Below, one piece after another: positions 12,713 through 29,783 of a stretch of 64,000 bases of DNA; position 1 is the stretch's first letter, and each line of letters starts with the position of its first letter. The stretch lies in NCBI GenBank assembly GCA_964016885.1, contig OZ024740.1, forward strand, positions 379,254,001 through 379,318,000, read 5' to 3'. The notes below the pieces were generated by a model. It did not search any database and was not told the DNA's origin. It saw nothing but the letters and a program-made list of their open reading frames with translations. This DNA is from Eledone cirrhosa. Taxonomy: Eukaryota. The position numbers were made by a program, and so were the translations under genes.

Positions 12713-12950
12713 CTAAAGTCCGCCAGTTGCAGATTGCACATCAACATGGGATATTTTTCTCCACAAAGTTCGATCACCAGCAGCAGAGTTTAAAATGCAA
12801 AGATTAAGTCCAGTCCATAAGTTAACATTATCAAGCCATCGTTTTGGCTGTCGGCTTCTGCTTCTCTTACCAGCCAACCTTTCTTCCAGGCATAACCTAC
12901 TCACACCACGAGTTGATCATTTTATATGACCATATAGTTTGAGTACTCTT
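12713..12950 (-). mobile_element. RTE LINE 3'-end remnant
   Basis: LEERLAGKRSRSRQPKRWLDNV..W....AAGDRTLWR resembles RTE/BovB C-termini. Confidence 0.55.
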
Positions 12951-13077
12951 GACATGATAATTGATGTATATAATTGATTTATATATATAAACGAATATGC
13001 GTTTCAAAAGGGTGAGCGGAATTTTAAATATATATGAAAAACTTAGAAGCGTCATGGAATATTTATGGTTATAGAAA

Positions 13078-13255
13078 AATAGTCTAAATAATAGGGCATA
13101 TAAGTCCCTTTAACGGTAAAAAGTGCCGACAGGTACTTTGGTGTAATGGTAGCATTTCTGCCCAGCAACCATGGAGGTGTGGGTTTGAGTATTGCAGGTG
13201 CTAATATTTATTTATTCCATTAAGGGGGCTTATATGCCCTATTGTTTAAGCTTTC
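13078..13255 (+). mobile_element. tRNA-like (SINE head) sequence enclosed by ~30-bp inverted repeats
   Basis: TGGTGTAATGGTAGCA A-box at ~13138 and a decayed B-box. Flanks AATAGGGCATATAAGTCCCTTTA / TAAGGGGGCTTATATGCCCTATT. Confidence 0.45.
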
Positions 13256-13376
13256 TCCCATGAAGATTCTAAATTTTTGATAATATATATATACAGAGTG
13301 TCCCAAAAAATGTATACACACTTTGATTACCTGTACAGGCAATATTTATTAGAATGCACAGCCTGACACACTGTGC

Positions 13377-13508
<132 letters not shown>

Positions 13509-14040
13509 CAACAGGTCATCAAGAACACTAGCAATGTAACATATCAGAATAATTATGATATCTTCAAGTGGATATAATCACAGTGTCATAAACGAGTATA
13601 TATGAATAATCCGAATAACTCAATTAAGTTAGCACTAAAACAGGCAATTCAATTGAATTTTAACAACTCATGTCGGAAAAGTCATATTATGTACTCAGTA
13701 TTGCTAGAACAACGTATTCTGAATGTATCCATAACAGTAAAACTTCATTATAGCCATCGAATTGATTGTTTAGCACCACCAGCTCTATATAGTCACAATA
13801 TATTTGAGAATATGTACTTAAATATAGTTAACACAGAATATAGCCTTCTATGCAGACTCGAAATAACCGAGAGCAGTTAAAACGGTTAGTGTTTGGTTTG
13901 AATTAGTTCTGGTTAGTAGAAACACAGTGTTTGGAGATATTAGTGAATGTAGTTATACCTGTAAGGTGGGCGTATATTTGTTTTCCGGATGCAGTTTACG
14001 ATATGTATGTATGCGAATGAGAACGCTGGTACACATGCAC

Positions 14041-14095
<55 letters not shown>

Positions 14096-14499
14096 TCTGC
14101 ATCATGTATGAACTGCATTCTAAGGTTTGGCGTATTATAGTTTACAAAGCTTCAGTCACAGCCAGGGCTGGCGAATACTTCTATTCTAAAGGAAAGATCC
14201 AGACACTGAGATGTAATGTTGGTTATCTGAAGAATATGGTTTGTTGTTGGAATATTCTAGTATATTGTTAAGGCTTGTCTTTCTATGGAGTAGGACATTT
14301 TCAACTTTATTTTGTTCATGAGTAAAATTAATAGTGGTGAGTTCATGTATTGTCTTTATTTTGACATTGAAAACGTTCTCATTGCAAAATTCACAGAGAG
14401 CTAATTGAAAGGAATGAGGTAACGCAGAAATGATGGTTTCTGATTTAGGTACATGGCCAAACATTTTAGGGGAGGGAAAAGTCGATTAAATCGCATAAA

Positions 14500-14600
14500 T
14501 AATTGTTTCTACTTTTGGCACAAGGCCAGAAATTACCCCAGTGCATTACTGGTGCTTTATTTTATCAACCTCGTTAGGATGAAAGGCAAAGTTAACCTCA
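14500..14600 (-). mobile_element. Octopus-type SINE fragment
   Basis: TTGTTTCTACTTTTGGCACAAGGCCAG..CAGTGCATTACTGGTGCTTTATTTTATC..GGATGAAAGGCAAAGTTAACCTC. Confidence 0.7.
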
Positions 14601-16754
14601 CCCTGTAGGTATGCTAAGGATAGGTATGCAGTGCTTTCATCGGAATACATTTATGAGTGGGTTATGGGAACATAGACATCAGCATATACAAGGTGGGAAA
14701 ATCACAAAGATATTATAATAACTGAGCCTTTATAGTTTTAACATCAGATATACAAGACAAGAATTTGGGTTTTAGAGAGAGCTCTGTCAATATATAGTCT
14801 CATTGGGGGATCTCTCAGAACTCAAAAAGCTTAATTTACTATGTACACTCCACTTTTAGGGATAAGTCTCCAGCCAGACAAGATTATGAGGTAGCAAGAG
14901 ACAATTTTTACCTTTATGTAAGATTACATGCTCAATAGGCTACAAGTGATTTTATGAACTCATAATGCTGGTATCTGGAAAGAGGAGAAATGAAAAGTAA
15001 AATAGAGTGGCAAATATTACTAGGAAATTCAACCAGAAAATATATCTGCAAAATATACCTGATTTAAAAAAAAAAAAACATTTCTTTTATTGGTTATGTA
15101 GTTCCAACAAAAAATATACATGAAACACCATATGGCATGTTTTCTTTTTCCAAAATCATGTAAGAAAGGAAAGGAATTAGTCTAATCGACAGCATTTAGT
15201 ACCGGTTCAATTATTATTACTATAGAATTTTTTTGTGCGGTAATTGCGATCAATTTGTGCACATACTACTAACCGGTTAGATATTTGTTAGTTCAATGCT
15301 TCATATATTTGAAAACCAATTGTACCCTAATAATATGAATTATTATTGTGGTAGATTAAATACGCACAAATAATATGCTGGAAACAATTCTATCGACTAT
15401 TTTTCCTTCGGTTACAAAAACAAACAAAAATCAATATTTTTCATTAAATACATTGAAACTAACCGGAAATGTGCTCTGATAGGGAAATGTTTACGAGTCA
15501 GATCAGATACGCTTAATGTAGAACAATTTTACACAGCGAAGGTAGCAAGTGATTTATTTTGAGTTGAGAAGTTTGATGAGATAACGTTTTGTTAGACATT
15601 ATTGAAACAAAGCGAAAATAAATCAATATAAATGAGTAAATAAAAACAAAAAAACCAATGCAGATACTTCTCGACAGTTTTATTTGTTTTTAATTTTTTT
15701 TTTTTTTGCAAAATCATCTTAATCTGTATAAAACCTTAACGACTTATGAACTTTAAATCTTCAGTTTTTTAGATGAACAATTGTTCTTGTTAATACTGTA
15801 CATCTTCCAAGAAAAATCTTGCGAGACACTCAGTCCCAATACAAGTGTAGTGGCGAGATTCCAAACAATATAACAACAGTACTTAATAGAACACAGAAAA
15901 GTAAAGAAAACAGTCAACTCTGGAATATAAACAAAGCTTGGAAAATAAACCCACAAGCAGCATTGTCCTCAATCGACAATCTAGCCAAAGATCAACAGTT
16001 GACATATATACCACTGTTATCTTTGGAATCGTGTAATGCCAACACATTCAATGTAACATTTAAAAACTCTTGGAGGAGTGATAAGTGCGTGTCAGTAGAT
16101 ATATATAATACATTTCATTCAATGAAAATTGAATATTTTTTTTACTTTCATACTGAGTTATTTTCTGTTTCTCGATCCCTCTCACATATATACAATGGAT
16201 CTAGCTGTAGATATAATTTTGTGAATAAATATGTGTGTACACATCTAAAGCTGCAGGTGGGAATAATAGTTATAAGGTTAAATTCAATTTATTCTCCCAG
16301 CAGTTTAGTAACTTAAATTTATTAAGGATTCTGTATTAGGCTACAAACCAATTCATTTGGGCAGTTCTTATCAGCTCATATAAATGAGTGAACGAATTAG
16401 AGGAGATAGTTGGAGTTAAATCCCATTATTCAATAAACTGCTTAGACAAAGTGATATCTTTAAACTGTGCATCTAAGTGTCCTTTTCAGAAAGTATATTG
16501 TTAAGGAGACAGTTGGTCGACCGTAGTATTGTTGGAAGCTGTTTAAACTCCCACGAGAAGATTTCTAGATATATAAAAATGTTTTGAAATCGATTGCCTC
16601 GTATAAAATGATTTATGCGTGATTGGAAACTTATATGTAGGTGTATGTATTAATTCAAATACGAAGAAGCCAATATTTAAGTACACTCACATATGCACTT
16701 ACGCACACACGCAGAGATGCACACATACTCATAAACACATGTACAAATACATGT

Positions 16755-16812
<58 letters not shown>

Positions 16813-17412
16813 TTGTATATAAGACTCATGTATACAACCTCAGCATTATTAGCTCCATTATATATTTTAAGTATGCAATATTGAATTATAGATGCTAGCA
16901 TATTTATACTTATATATCTATATATCCCCATGTGGTTGACGGCTAAGAGAATAGAGTACTTGATACCGAAGTAGAGTTTTAATATTCATTTATTAAGGCT
17001 TGTTACTCTGGAGTTTCACCCCAAATTCCAGAGTAACAAGACTCACTATTTAGAATTAATAAACGAACGCACACACACACACACACTCAGATATATATAT
17101 ATATATGTGCGTGTGTGTGTGAGTGCGTTAAATATATAAATATATATATATATAAATATATATATGAGTGTGTGTATATATGTATGTATTCATGTATTCA
17201 TGGAAACGCACGTAAAAACAACTTCTCTGCACAATCTTTTACCTCGAGCATTGTGTTTTGTATACAAAAAATATAATATTAGAAATAGGTGAATCTGACA
17301 TTTGACAGATATTTCAAGAATGACTACACAACGGCAGACCTTCAACTCGTGTTTCAAGTAATCTTTGATAAAAACCATGAATTGTGCAGTCTTCGTAAAC
17401 ACGCATATATAT

Positions 17413-17504
<92 letters not shown>

Positions 17505-17699
17505 CACAATGCTATAGCATCTTACTTGGCATACATAGACAAAATCGTATGAGTAGTTATCTTACGACGAGGAGAAAATAATCTCTAAAAGTACATAAAG
17601 TTACATATATATGTGTGTTTGTGTGTATGTAAGTATGTATATATGTATATATGTATGTGTGTGTGTATGTATGTATGTATAGCTTAGCACTACATTTTA

Positions 17700-19130
17700 A
17701 ACTCGGTTTGGGTAACGTTTTGTTTTTTATCTTGTATTCAATATCTTAAACGCTACATTAAAACAGCCTGCAACTCGAATTGCTAAAATTTCATCAAAGG
17801 TGCAAAACAAGTGCATCCCCCTGGGTATAAAAAAAACAAGTGGTTGGGGCTATTTGATTTAAAAAAAAACGCTAAATGTATGCAAGCACTTAAAATTGGC
17901 CACATGAACGATCACAAAAATACGAACATAATAACTGCGGCATCAATGACGACCACGTTTGTTATCGCAAAGAAGTAGACTCGTTCATAATTTTGGTTGT
18001 AAAAGATGGAAGGTATGCTTGCTATATGGATGAAAAAAGACACACAACGCAACATTCTCGTAAGCCAACTTATAGAACATATTCGAAGGATATCTTCCAA
18101 CATCTACAGGAAGAAGGAGATAATTCAGAAACATTCATAACAAGCATAGACTGGTTTTAAATCTTTAAATGATCAGATAACCCACACAACACAACCTCTA
18201 TTACAACTGCAAGTGCAGACACCCTAGGTTCCTAAGTGTATCACCGAACGTGGAAATTACCCTCCCCAACGTGTACCCAATGTTTGTGTGGCAATAGAAA
18301 TTTTGACACCGATTTTTACAAAATTTTTACAAAAATGAAAACATTGCAAACAACATAATCTGAGGTGTTGTTGTTGATCGATGATACCTCAAGCCATACA
18401 TATAATATTAACAACATTCAAGCCTGTATTTCTCTCAAATTCATTTACGAAACATCAAACACTGCTTCTTTTTCCAAATCAAGGATCAACGTGTAGTTTC
18501 TAATGTCAAGGCCTACTAACTTCATCTGTCTTACAAGAAACTTGTTGGAAAAGCAAATTTTTATGTTAAATAATCTAGAAACCTTTGTTAAAACTACTAT
18601 AGCATGAAGGCTGTAGATAATATCAAAGTACCCGAGGATAAAGTAATTGAGAACTACATAAAAAGAGCTTGGCAGCTGTTATAGCCAGAAGCAAGTAATA
18701 GCTTCCTAGAATGTGACAAAGAATTTGACACAGAAATAACACTGTTGAGCTAGCCAATGAAGAATCTCATATTAAAAGTTTATAAGCTGCAGGATTTAGC
18801 TCAGCACTGCATCCACAATAAGTATGTAGACACTAGTGTAGAACCAGTTATACCAGAAAAAAGATCTTACTATTATATTCTTCAGTAATTGCATCATTAA
18901 GATAACAAATTTAAAACAGTATACTGAGAATTACCCTGACTGGTAGGGAAGCAGCTAGGTAAATATTTCTTTAGACAACATAACCTGGAGGAATTGCTTC
19001 ATGAGGTCAAACTTAATACACAATACCATTAGAAGCATATTTGGATAGCAATTAATGTTCAAGGAAAATGATCAGCCTGATACCTTTTTTAAGATACGTT
19101 TTCGGTCTCATTTCTTTCTGATGCTTTTCA
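17700..19130 (+). mobile_element. Heavily decayed pogo/Tigger-like (DDE_1) transposase remnant
   Basis: Fragmented motifs by eye: FWL..W (~17992), LLLIDD.SSH (~18368), SNTAS...DQ.V (~18453), AW (~18666). Boundaries approximate. Confidence 0.4.
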
Positions 19131-19167
19131 ATGGAATTAATGGCAAATAAGCTTGTTATGCTATTAA

Positions 19168-19221
<54 letters not shown>

Positions 19222-19225
<4 letters not shown>

Positions 19226-19826
19226 TGGCTGCCAACTCGTTTTCGAATACGGCCACTACTTTATATCCATGTAGGAGAACCCCTACCGATGCGCTGAACG
19301 AGTGTGACTTTTTAGTCCAGCCAGCGACTTGAAAACTCTGGTACAAACACTACACTTGTGACAATTATTAACACACAGTGCTGGGCCCATGGTACCATGT
19401 GACGACAAGTGCAGAGAGATCTCCAGATATAAAGCAATGCCTGTGCCGTGAAGCTTTTATAGTGAGCAAAGGCACTGCACAAAGCCAGTCCCACTCTCTT
19501 AACCAAGATGATATTTACCAAAAAGAAGAACAAGTCAACATCATTGGATACCATCAGAGTTGCAGGTGTTATATCAGAGTTTTCCTTCTCCTAGAATTCT
19601 GCCTTGACAAGGCTAAGGGGTCATCTCTCCCGGTGATTTTGGATGGTCATTTACTCTTAAGAGCTCCTTTGCCCTTTGACAGGTTTTGTTTTTAGTCCTG
19701 CAGGATGTCCAAGTCACCCACCTCACCAAGAAACCTTGGTGGGGTTGCCAGTTTAGTCGCCAACGACCCGACCATGGGACAGGTTGTACTGGAATACATG
19801 TTACCAGTAGCACCAACTGGTGACCT

Positions 19827-19830
<4 letters not shown>
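19222..19830 (-). mobile_element. ~610-bp non-coding interspersed element (RTE-related SINE-like), copy 1
   Basis: Highly similar to 31080-31551 with identical ends. Carries AAGGCAG..CTAGGAGAAGGAAAACTCTGA, recalled from RTE 5' UTRs. Inserted in (TA)n. Confidence 0.75.
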
Positions 19831-19891
<61 letters not shown>

Positions 19892-20124
19892 GACCAAAGA
19901 TTAGTGTGGTTCGTTGATTACTCAATGAATAACATTTTACAATAAATTAGAAGCACTCAACAGAAAGTTTTCCTGGAGTTTTTAATATTATTCAAAATAT
20001 TAACAAATGAAAAAACAACACAGCACCTTTGAAATATATATAATAAAGTATATATTTTGATTATGAGAATATTTTTCATTTGTTAATATTTTGAATAATA
20101 TATATATATATATATACATATATG

Positions 20125-20502
<378 letters not shown>

Positions 20503-20562
20503 ATAATAATAAATTTGATAATATATAGAGTGGGAAATTAAATTTCGTTTCATTTTTCCGCT

Positions 20563-20593
<31 letters not shown>

Positions 20594-20606
20594 CTATATA
20601 TCTATA

Positions 20607-20644
<38 letters not shown>

Positions 20645-21088
20645 TGCGTATGTGTTGAACAATGCAGACAAAAGGTGAAGATCGGTGCGTAATCAGTTCG
20701 TTGTTTTGCGATTGTTTCAGATTCTGAAGGCAAATTGGTCATGATTAATCGATATAGTGACTAATTGATAGTAGTTATCCAAACCCATGTTATTAGTCTC
20801 GATACTCTAGATCCATCTCACTAGCAAGTGCCCGGCAATTAAACTTATCTGAGATTTCCCCAAATCTGATTTAAGCAAATTCATATCTTGTTTAGGCGTG
20901 CTAAGCTACTCTTCTTCGTGGCTCTAATGAAGCTCCTGCTGATTATATTATACTTAATCAGCTTGCAGTCTTAGATAAGCAATTCAATCCGATTGTGTGT
21001 ATTTAAAGAATTGTTTCTCATATTATTAGAATTCTCTCTTTGGATTCTCAGCCAATTTCTGTCTCATTGTAACACTCCACCTCTAAAC

Positions 21089-21179
<91 letters not shown>

Positions 21180-22229
21180 TGTCTGTGTGTTTTTATGTGT
21201 GTATAACCAGTATTCTTATATTTATGGCGATATGTTACATGCACTACTTTTACAATATTGCATATAATTTTAATAAAAGCCCTTTTATCTAAAGAATTTG
21301 GGGTTATCAATGTGGATCTATTTATACCATACATTTGGAATCATACGAATCTTTTTACTATTTTTGTATTTACGATGTGGATCATTTTATATCGATTTTG
21401 TGTGCTATGTATTCTGATTTTCTAGAAGAAAAGACATAAGAAAAAGTAATTCCTAATATCTCTACTATATCACCACAGAGAGCAAAAGGAATTATTACAT
21501 GAAATATGAGTAGAACAAATGATAGAATTATGCAGAGTATATATGTGTTAAGGAAAAGGCACTTCGCATTTGAAACACAACTTGAATAAAAAATATTATA
21601 TAATTATGATGTCAATTGTTTGTAAGTTAACATCAAAGTTGCATAAATCAATGTCGACTTCCGTTGTATATCTCATGAGCTATACTGTCTAGTTGTAAGA
21701 AACAAATTCGTTTTATAATGATATGTTTGAAAACATAGTTTGGCAGGTGATATCTTTCTATCAAGTTTATTTCTTCGTCTGTCAAGAATTCATAATACCA
21801 TATATACAGAATTATGAATATAAATGTGAAATGTTGTTAAAAGCATGACCATATTCTGTCATGTAATTTTATTGCACTCGTCGACACAGGTATATTGGAA
21901 ATTTGCCAGGACATTTTATTGGCATTTATTGTACAAAAAAATGTTATAAACCTAGAAAGAATTTTCAGAAGTAGTAAATATTAATTTTAAAAGTATTCTG
22001 TTCAATAAATCAAAGTCTATTGATATTGTAGAACACTAAGATGCCGATATTGTAGTTACTCGACGTTATTTAGACTAACAATTTTATATCCAACGTAAAA
22101 TCAATATTAATGAAAATGGTGTGGGCAGACGGTTGTTTTAGAACAACTGGCTGTTGGTTGCATTAGTGCAATGTCACTAAACAGTAATATTTACAACGTG
22201 GACGCAGCATGGGCGAATCTTAACAAGTT

Positions 22230-23040
<811 letters not shown>

Positions 23041-25275
23041 ACGAAAATTGAACTGAAGGAAGGGATTGTACCCATGATCTTTTAAGACCCGGTGATTAAT
23101 GTTTCAGATTCATGCGATTATTGTTCTTGGAGTGTTTTAATGTTCTTGTATGGTTTCAGTTAAGGGCAAATAATTTATTACTGATATATTCACCATAGAT
23201 AGTTATAACCTTTTTTATTACATTACGTTTAGAAATCTCTGGAATTATTTTTTTTTTCTGTTGAAACTATTATCTTAGATTATAAATTCCTAATATAAAT
23301 ATTGTCTTAAACTGCTACAAGGCCAAATATTTTGGGAAATATTTCAGTCAATTAAATCAAACCCTGTACTGGACTAGTAATTATTTATCAATCACAAAAG
23401 ATGAAAAGAAATGGCGACTCTAGTAAATGTACATAAATATATGCTGCACAACATTTTGTCCGCCATTCTACAGATTCTTTATTCTAACGCCTTTTCAAAC
23501 TTAAAAAGATCGTCTATTTAATCCTCGTTTGACCTGCTAGAGATAGCAACCGAATCTCCTCTCCCACCTCGCCTTATTATCTTCAAATGAAACGAAATGT
23601 TGGGGAATATTGCCCAGGATACATTATGAAAAAATAAAATGGGATGGCTTATTGTCTAGAAAGCTTTGGTCGCACGTCTGCCTGAACGCAACAGACCCGA
23701 GGCTTCACATCAATAATAAGATAAATATTAGTACATTTTTATGATTAGGTTTGAAAGTTTAGAATTCTAACTGAAGAACATGAAAATTGAATAGAAAAGC
23801 TAAATCATAGATCTTTGGTAAATATTTAAACATCTCGCTGCATCGGAATCAATATTTGTTTTAATGAATGAGTGCTTATTATACCCAGAGGAGTCTGGAT
23901 ACTGTTATAGCATAACTTTTTCATTTATAGAAATGTTTCCTCGACCAATAAACCAACCCATGCATAACATTAGAATGTAGCCATATACATAAAGACAATC
24001 ATTCGTAGATAAAGACATAGAGCAATGGGTGATATCCTAGTGAGCTGTGTCTGTAAATTCGTTTCGATTCTCATCTCACCCATTTCTCCATTACTTAAAT
24101 CACTAACGGCTTTGGATAGGACACGAATAAAGCACAAACAATTCTCACTTTCGTAGGAAGATGAAATATTCTTGTTTCGCACAAGTATATAAAAATCCCA
24201 AGAATAGACATCGAACAAGATTGTTGGATAACATTCATGAAATCACCTGGTCTCAACTGGAACCTAGTCGGATCAATTAGAAACGGTTATTTCTGACAGG
24301 ACCTGCTGGAAGGTATGCTTGACCACTCTTCTCCCACAATCCTCTTAGGAATAAGTGGGTGAAGAAGTGTTCGTGGCTAAAGCCATAGAGTAAGAAACTG
24401 AGTCTACAATCTAGTTTGGGTTCTCAGCTGAAGTCACTTAAACCACTAATGTTCTTGGAAGAAAACAAGAATGTCATTCTATCTGTTTCTAAGGAAGTTT
24501 GTTTTTAAAATATTGTCTTAAACGCATAGGAATAAAAATACTCCTTTATATGCATACACAATGTAGGTCCATGCTCTTTTTGAAAACATTAAAGCGCTTC
24601 ATTAAGAATCGAACTGCGACGTCGTCTCATTTCGTTGGAATTTTGACTATTCGAAGTTCGTTTGATGTAATACTGGTTTTGTTTTGTCAGGAATGTATTC
24701 TTTAATTTTAGAAAACAGTGAAATTTTAATAGTTTCCATTTCACTGAGTTCAAAATCTAAATAAAGGACATGGTGTAAATTTAATTAAAATTGACTACCG
24801 AGAGAGTCTTTAGACAGGCTAGAAATAGCATGGAAACGTGTTTAAGACTATACTTGAATAAAGAAGATTACATTGGACAATGTAGTTCCTGATATACAAA
24901 ATTACGTCATGGTTACGTTTGGAACACCTTTAATTACATATCCGCTTGTTTATATTGGACTAAGGAACAACATTATAACAGACATGTAGGGAGGTTGCTT
25001 TTATACCACTACACTTACAATGTTTGATGTAAATCGAGTTTCTCATTTAATAGACACAAACGCCTTATATAATTATGGAAAAAGTGAATAGAATATCAGG
25101 TTGACTATGTCTTACCCAACTGTAAATGAAGAAAGTGACAATTGAAACGGTGTCGTCTTTCTAGAAGTATGTTCTTACTGTACGGCACTCCAACACCACT
25201 TTTTATTTTATTTTGAGTTATAGTTGATTCGTTGTTCCTCTATTAAAACAATGTTTACTTTCTTTCTTATTTTAG

Positions 25276-25424
25276 GACGTCTTTCACGGAGAAGTTCGCC
25301 TCGTACTATGGCAATATACGTGGACTTCTGCTGGGAAGTAACTTGATTGGACGTCGTTCAGCCTGCAATGAGAATTTATTCTCAGACGAAGCTCAGCTAA
25401 CAGCTTTCAAGAAGGAGAAGGAAG
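25276..25424 (+). CDS. Putative internal coding exon of an unidentified host gene (TSFTEKFASYYGNIRGLLLGSNLIGRRSACNENLFSDEAQLTAFKKEKE)
   Basis: Polypyrimidine tract + TTTTAG acceptor (25274-75), AAG|GTAACT donor (25425), 149 nt, open frame, raised GC in AT-rich context. Protein not recognised. Confidence 0.6.
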
Positions 25425-25474
25425 GTAACTATTATATTCGCATTTAATAATATGGGCATGATAACAGTGCACTG

Positions 25475-25670
25475 CGTTGGCAGTATCTTTTGAGCGTCGG
25501 ATAAAATGCTTTGTTACGACTGTCTACGTTCTGAGATCCAATGCTGCTGAGGTAAATTTTGCTTTTCGTCCTTCCAGAGTCGATAAAATAAATTATAAGT
25601 TAAGTACTGAGGTGAATACAATCGACTTTCCGTTTCCTCAAATTACAGGCCTTGTACGAATGTTAGAGAA
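25475..25670 (+). mobile_element. Octopus-type SINE
   Basis: TTGGCAGTATC..GTTCTGAGATC..GCTGAGGTAAATTTTGCTTTTCGTCCTT..GTCGATAAAATAAA; collinear with 29258-29446. Confidence 0.65.
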
Positions 25671-26665
25671 AATAAATATGAGCACGATGAACAGTGTTTA
25701 TGCGTCTTTTAAACTATTTCGAATATTAACTCACAGAAAGCAATCTGGTGTCATTCGTAAAGATATTTTTATTTTTGAAATATTTCAACTAGAAGCTGAC
25801 AGGAAAAGATTCCAGGTGGATAAAATTGTAGAAAAGATGCATAAGTGGGTTTTTAGTTCGAGATCTAAACGAGTAACGTTGATTCAGCAGATAGATTAGT
25901 TGAAAGATGAAAAGATAAATAGTTTAATACATGCCAACTTACATAATAGCACATACCTGCCCAGCGGATATTAATCGTATTTGCGAAAAGTTGATCATTT
26001 ATGAAGTACTAATGAGGAACCTGCAGATACTTCACCCTGACTATACCTTTGATCTGTACCTGTGATCAGTGTGGCTCTGAGGTAAGTTACTAACTTCCTC
26101 AGTACAAATCTTGAGAAACAAAACAAGAAATGACAGCTAATTAAGATGCAACTGCAGTCCATTAATGAAACTGTAAATATATGTAAAACATTTCATAAAT
26201 TCAGCATGTAATAACTGTATATGCACATGAATAGGCACATAAACATATGAGCCTTTACACTTACAACTCAAATCATACAGATCCACTCATGCAATAACAA
26301 CCATACCTGCACGTACATACATATATACGTATTTACCTAGTTGATGTCTAATTTCTAATAAAAGAATCTTGTATATTTGCAAGAAACCAGTTCTGTCTCT
26401 TTCTCTATATCTCCAATATATATATTGGTGAAAATTTATAAAATGATAAACCCAGAAGGACACACATACATATGTTTACAAACGAATGATGAAAACAGTA
26501 CATAATAATAAAGACAATTTTTCTAGTGACTCGAAATTCATTCTACGGTGATCATTCATGAGTGCAATTAAAAGGATAGATAGATAAATAGATATAGCTG
26601 TAGATCGATTCAATGGTTGATAGGTTAACAGATAGATGGATACATAGAGATATATATGTATATAT

Positions 26666-26786
<121 letters not shown>

Positions 26787-27151
26787 TCGTTATTTTCAAT
26801 TTCCAAATAATTGCTGATGATAACTTGATTACTCTAGAACAATGGTTTATTTGTGGGGAAATTTTGTTCTGAAGTGAATACAAAATAATAATTGTTCCAT
26901 GAGAATAATTCTTAATTTACAGTTGTCGTTAAGTCTTCGTAAAATATTGCTCATTAACCGATATGGTTTGTTCATTATAAAATTGATTGCATGCATACAA
27001 TATAGGAATTTTATCTATTTAAATATTTAGATGTTAAGGCATGCGTATCAGTAGTTATGCTTTGATTGGTATATGTGGACGATGTGTGTCTAAATGCAGT
27101 AAATTTTCATACATTGTTACTAAAATCAATTATAATTCTTACAATACTAAC

Positions 27152-27350
27152 TGTCAAACCATCGAATAACAATCATCATGTCAACCATCGAATAACAATC
27201 ATGTCAACCACCCAATAACAATCATCATATCAACCATCGAATAACAATCATCATGTCAACCATCGAATAACAATCATCATGTCAACCATCGAATAACAAT
27301 CATGTCAATCATCGAATAACAATCATGTCAACCATCGAATAACAATCATC
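27152..27350. repeat. Minisatellite, 8 units of 23/26 bp (AACCATCGAATAACAATCAT[CAT]GTC)
   Basis: Directly visible tandem units differing by one CAT. Confidence 0.9.
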
Positions 27351-27910
27351 TAGTAAAAGGACACTTTGAATTTTATTCAATTCCCATTTCAATTGGTTAA
27401 AGTGTGTTTTACTCTATATTTTTGGCAATATAACATGATCCTCGCCAAATATAACAATATTTGTTTCAACACAGGATATAATATCAAAAACCTTGCAAAA
27501 CAAATACATCGCCGTCATGGTTAAAGATTATTTTTGGCTAAATACACTAAGTATATTAGACTAGACTTAATGTCCTCTATGAAGAAGGGACCTTTGGAGA
27601 TTTTGCACTGACGTTTAAAATAACCCTGACAAAACAACTTTATAGGGCATTATACGGTAAGTATATGTTAGAATAAATTTCACTCAAGAGACCAAATAAG
27701 GCCGAAACATGCGTCAAGATTTCTCAGAACTTACTAAGACTACCCTCCATTCACACATAAATACTGGATCTGCCTTATTAATCTCTAGTATGGTATTGAA
27801 TACTCATCTACAATACCAATGGATATATATGTATATTTACATATTACTATATATATATGAATATACATTTTGTTAGCACTCTGGGACACGTTTGCTCGTG
27901 AGCAATCGAG

Positions 27911-29502
<1,592 letters not shown>

Positions 29503-29684
29503 TATTTATATATATATGTATGTATAAAGAGAGAGAGGGGGGGGGGATGCCACAAAGCATATTGTCCGACGTTCTACCGATACTGCCAATCCAATAGAAG
29601 AACATACATGCATACATCCATACATATATGCATACATACATAAATACATACCTACACATACATACATACATACATACGCACACG

Positions 29685-29783
<99 letters not shown>

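Noticed and set aside
13132-13203. Functional tRNA gene
   Set aside because: T-arm/B-box decayed and no clean cloverleaf; SINE-like.
13292-13326. Tc1/mariner-type element (TA-CAGAGTGTCCC TIR-like end)
   Set aside because: Only one end visible; no partner repeat or transposase.
15819-16316. 165-aa ORF as a host gene
   Set aside because: Non-ATG start, no motifs, no clear splice signals, background composition.
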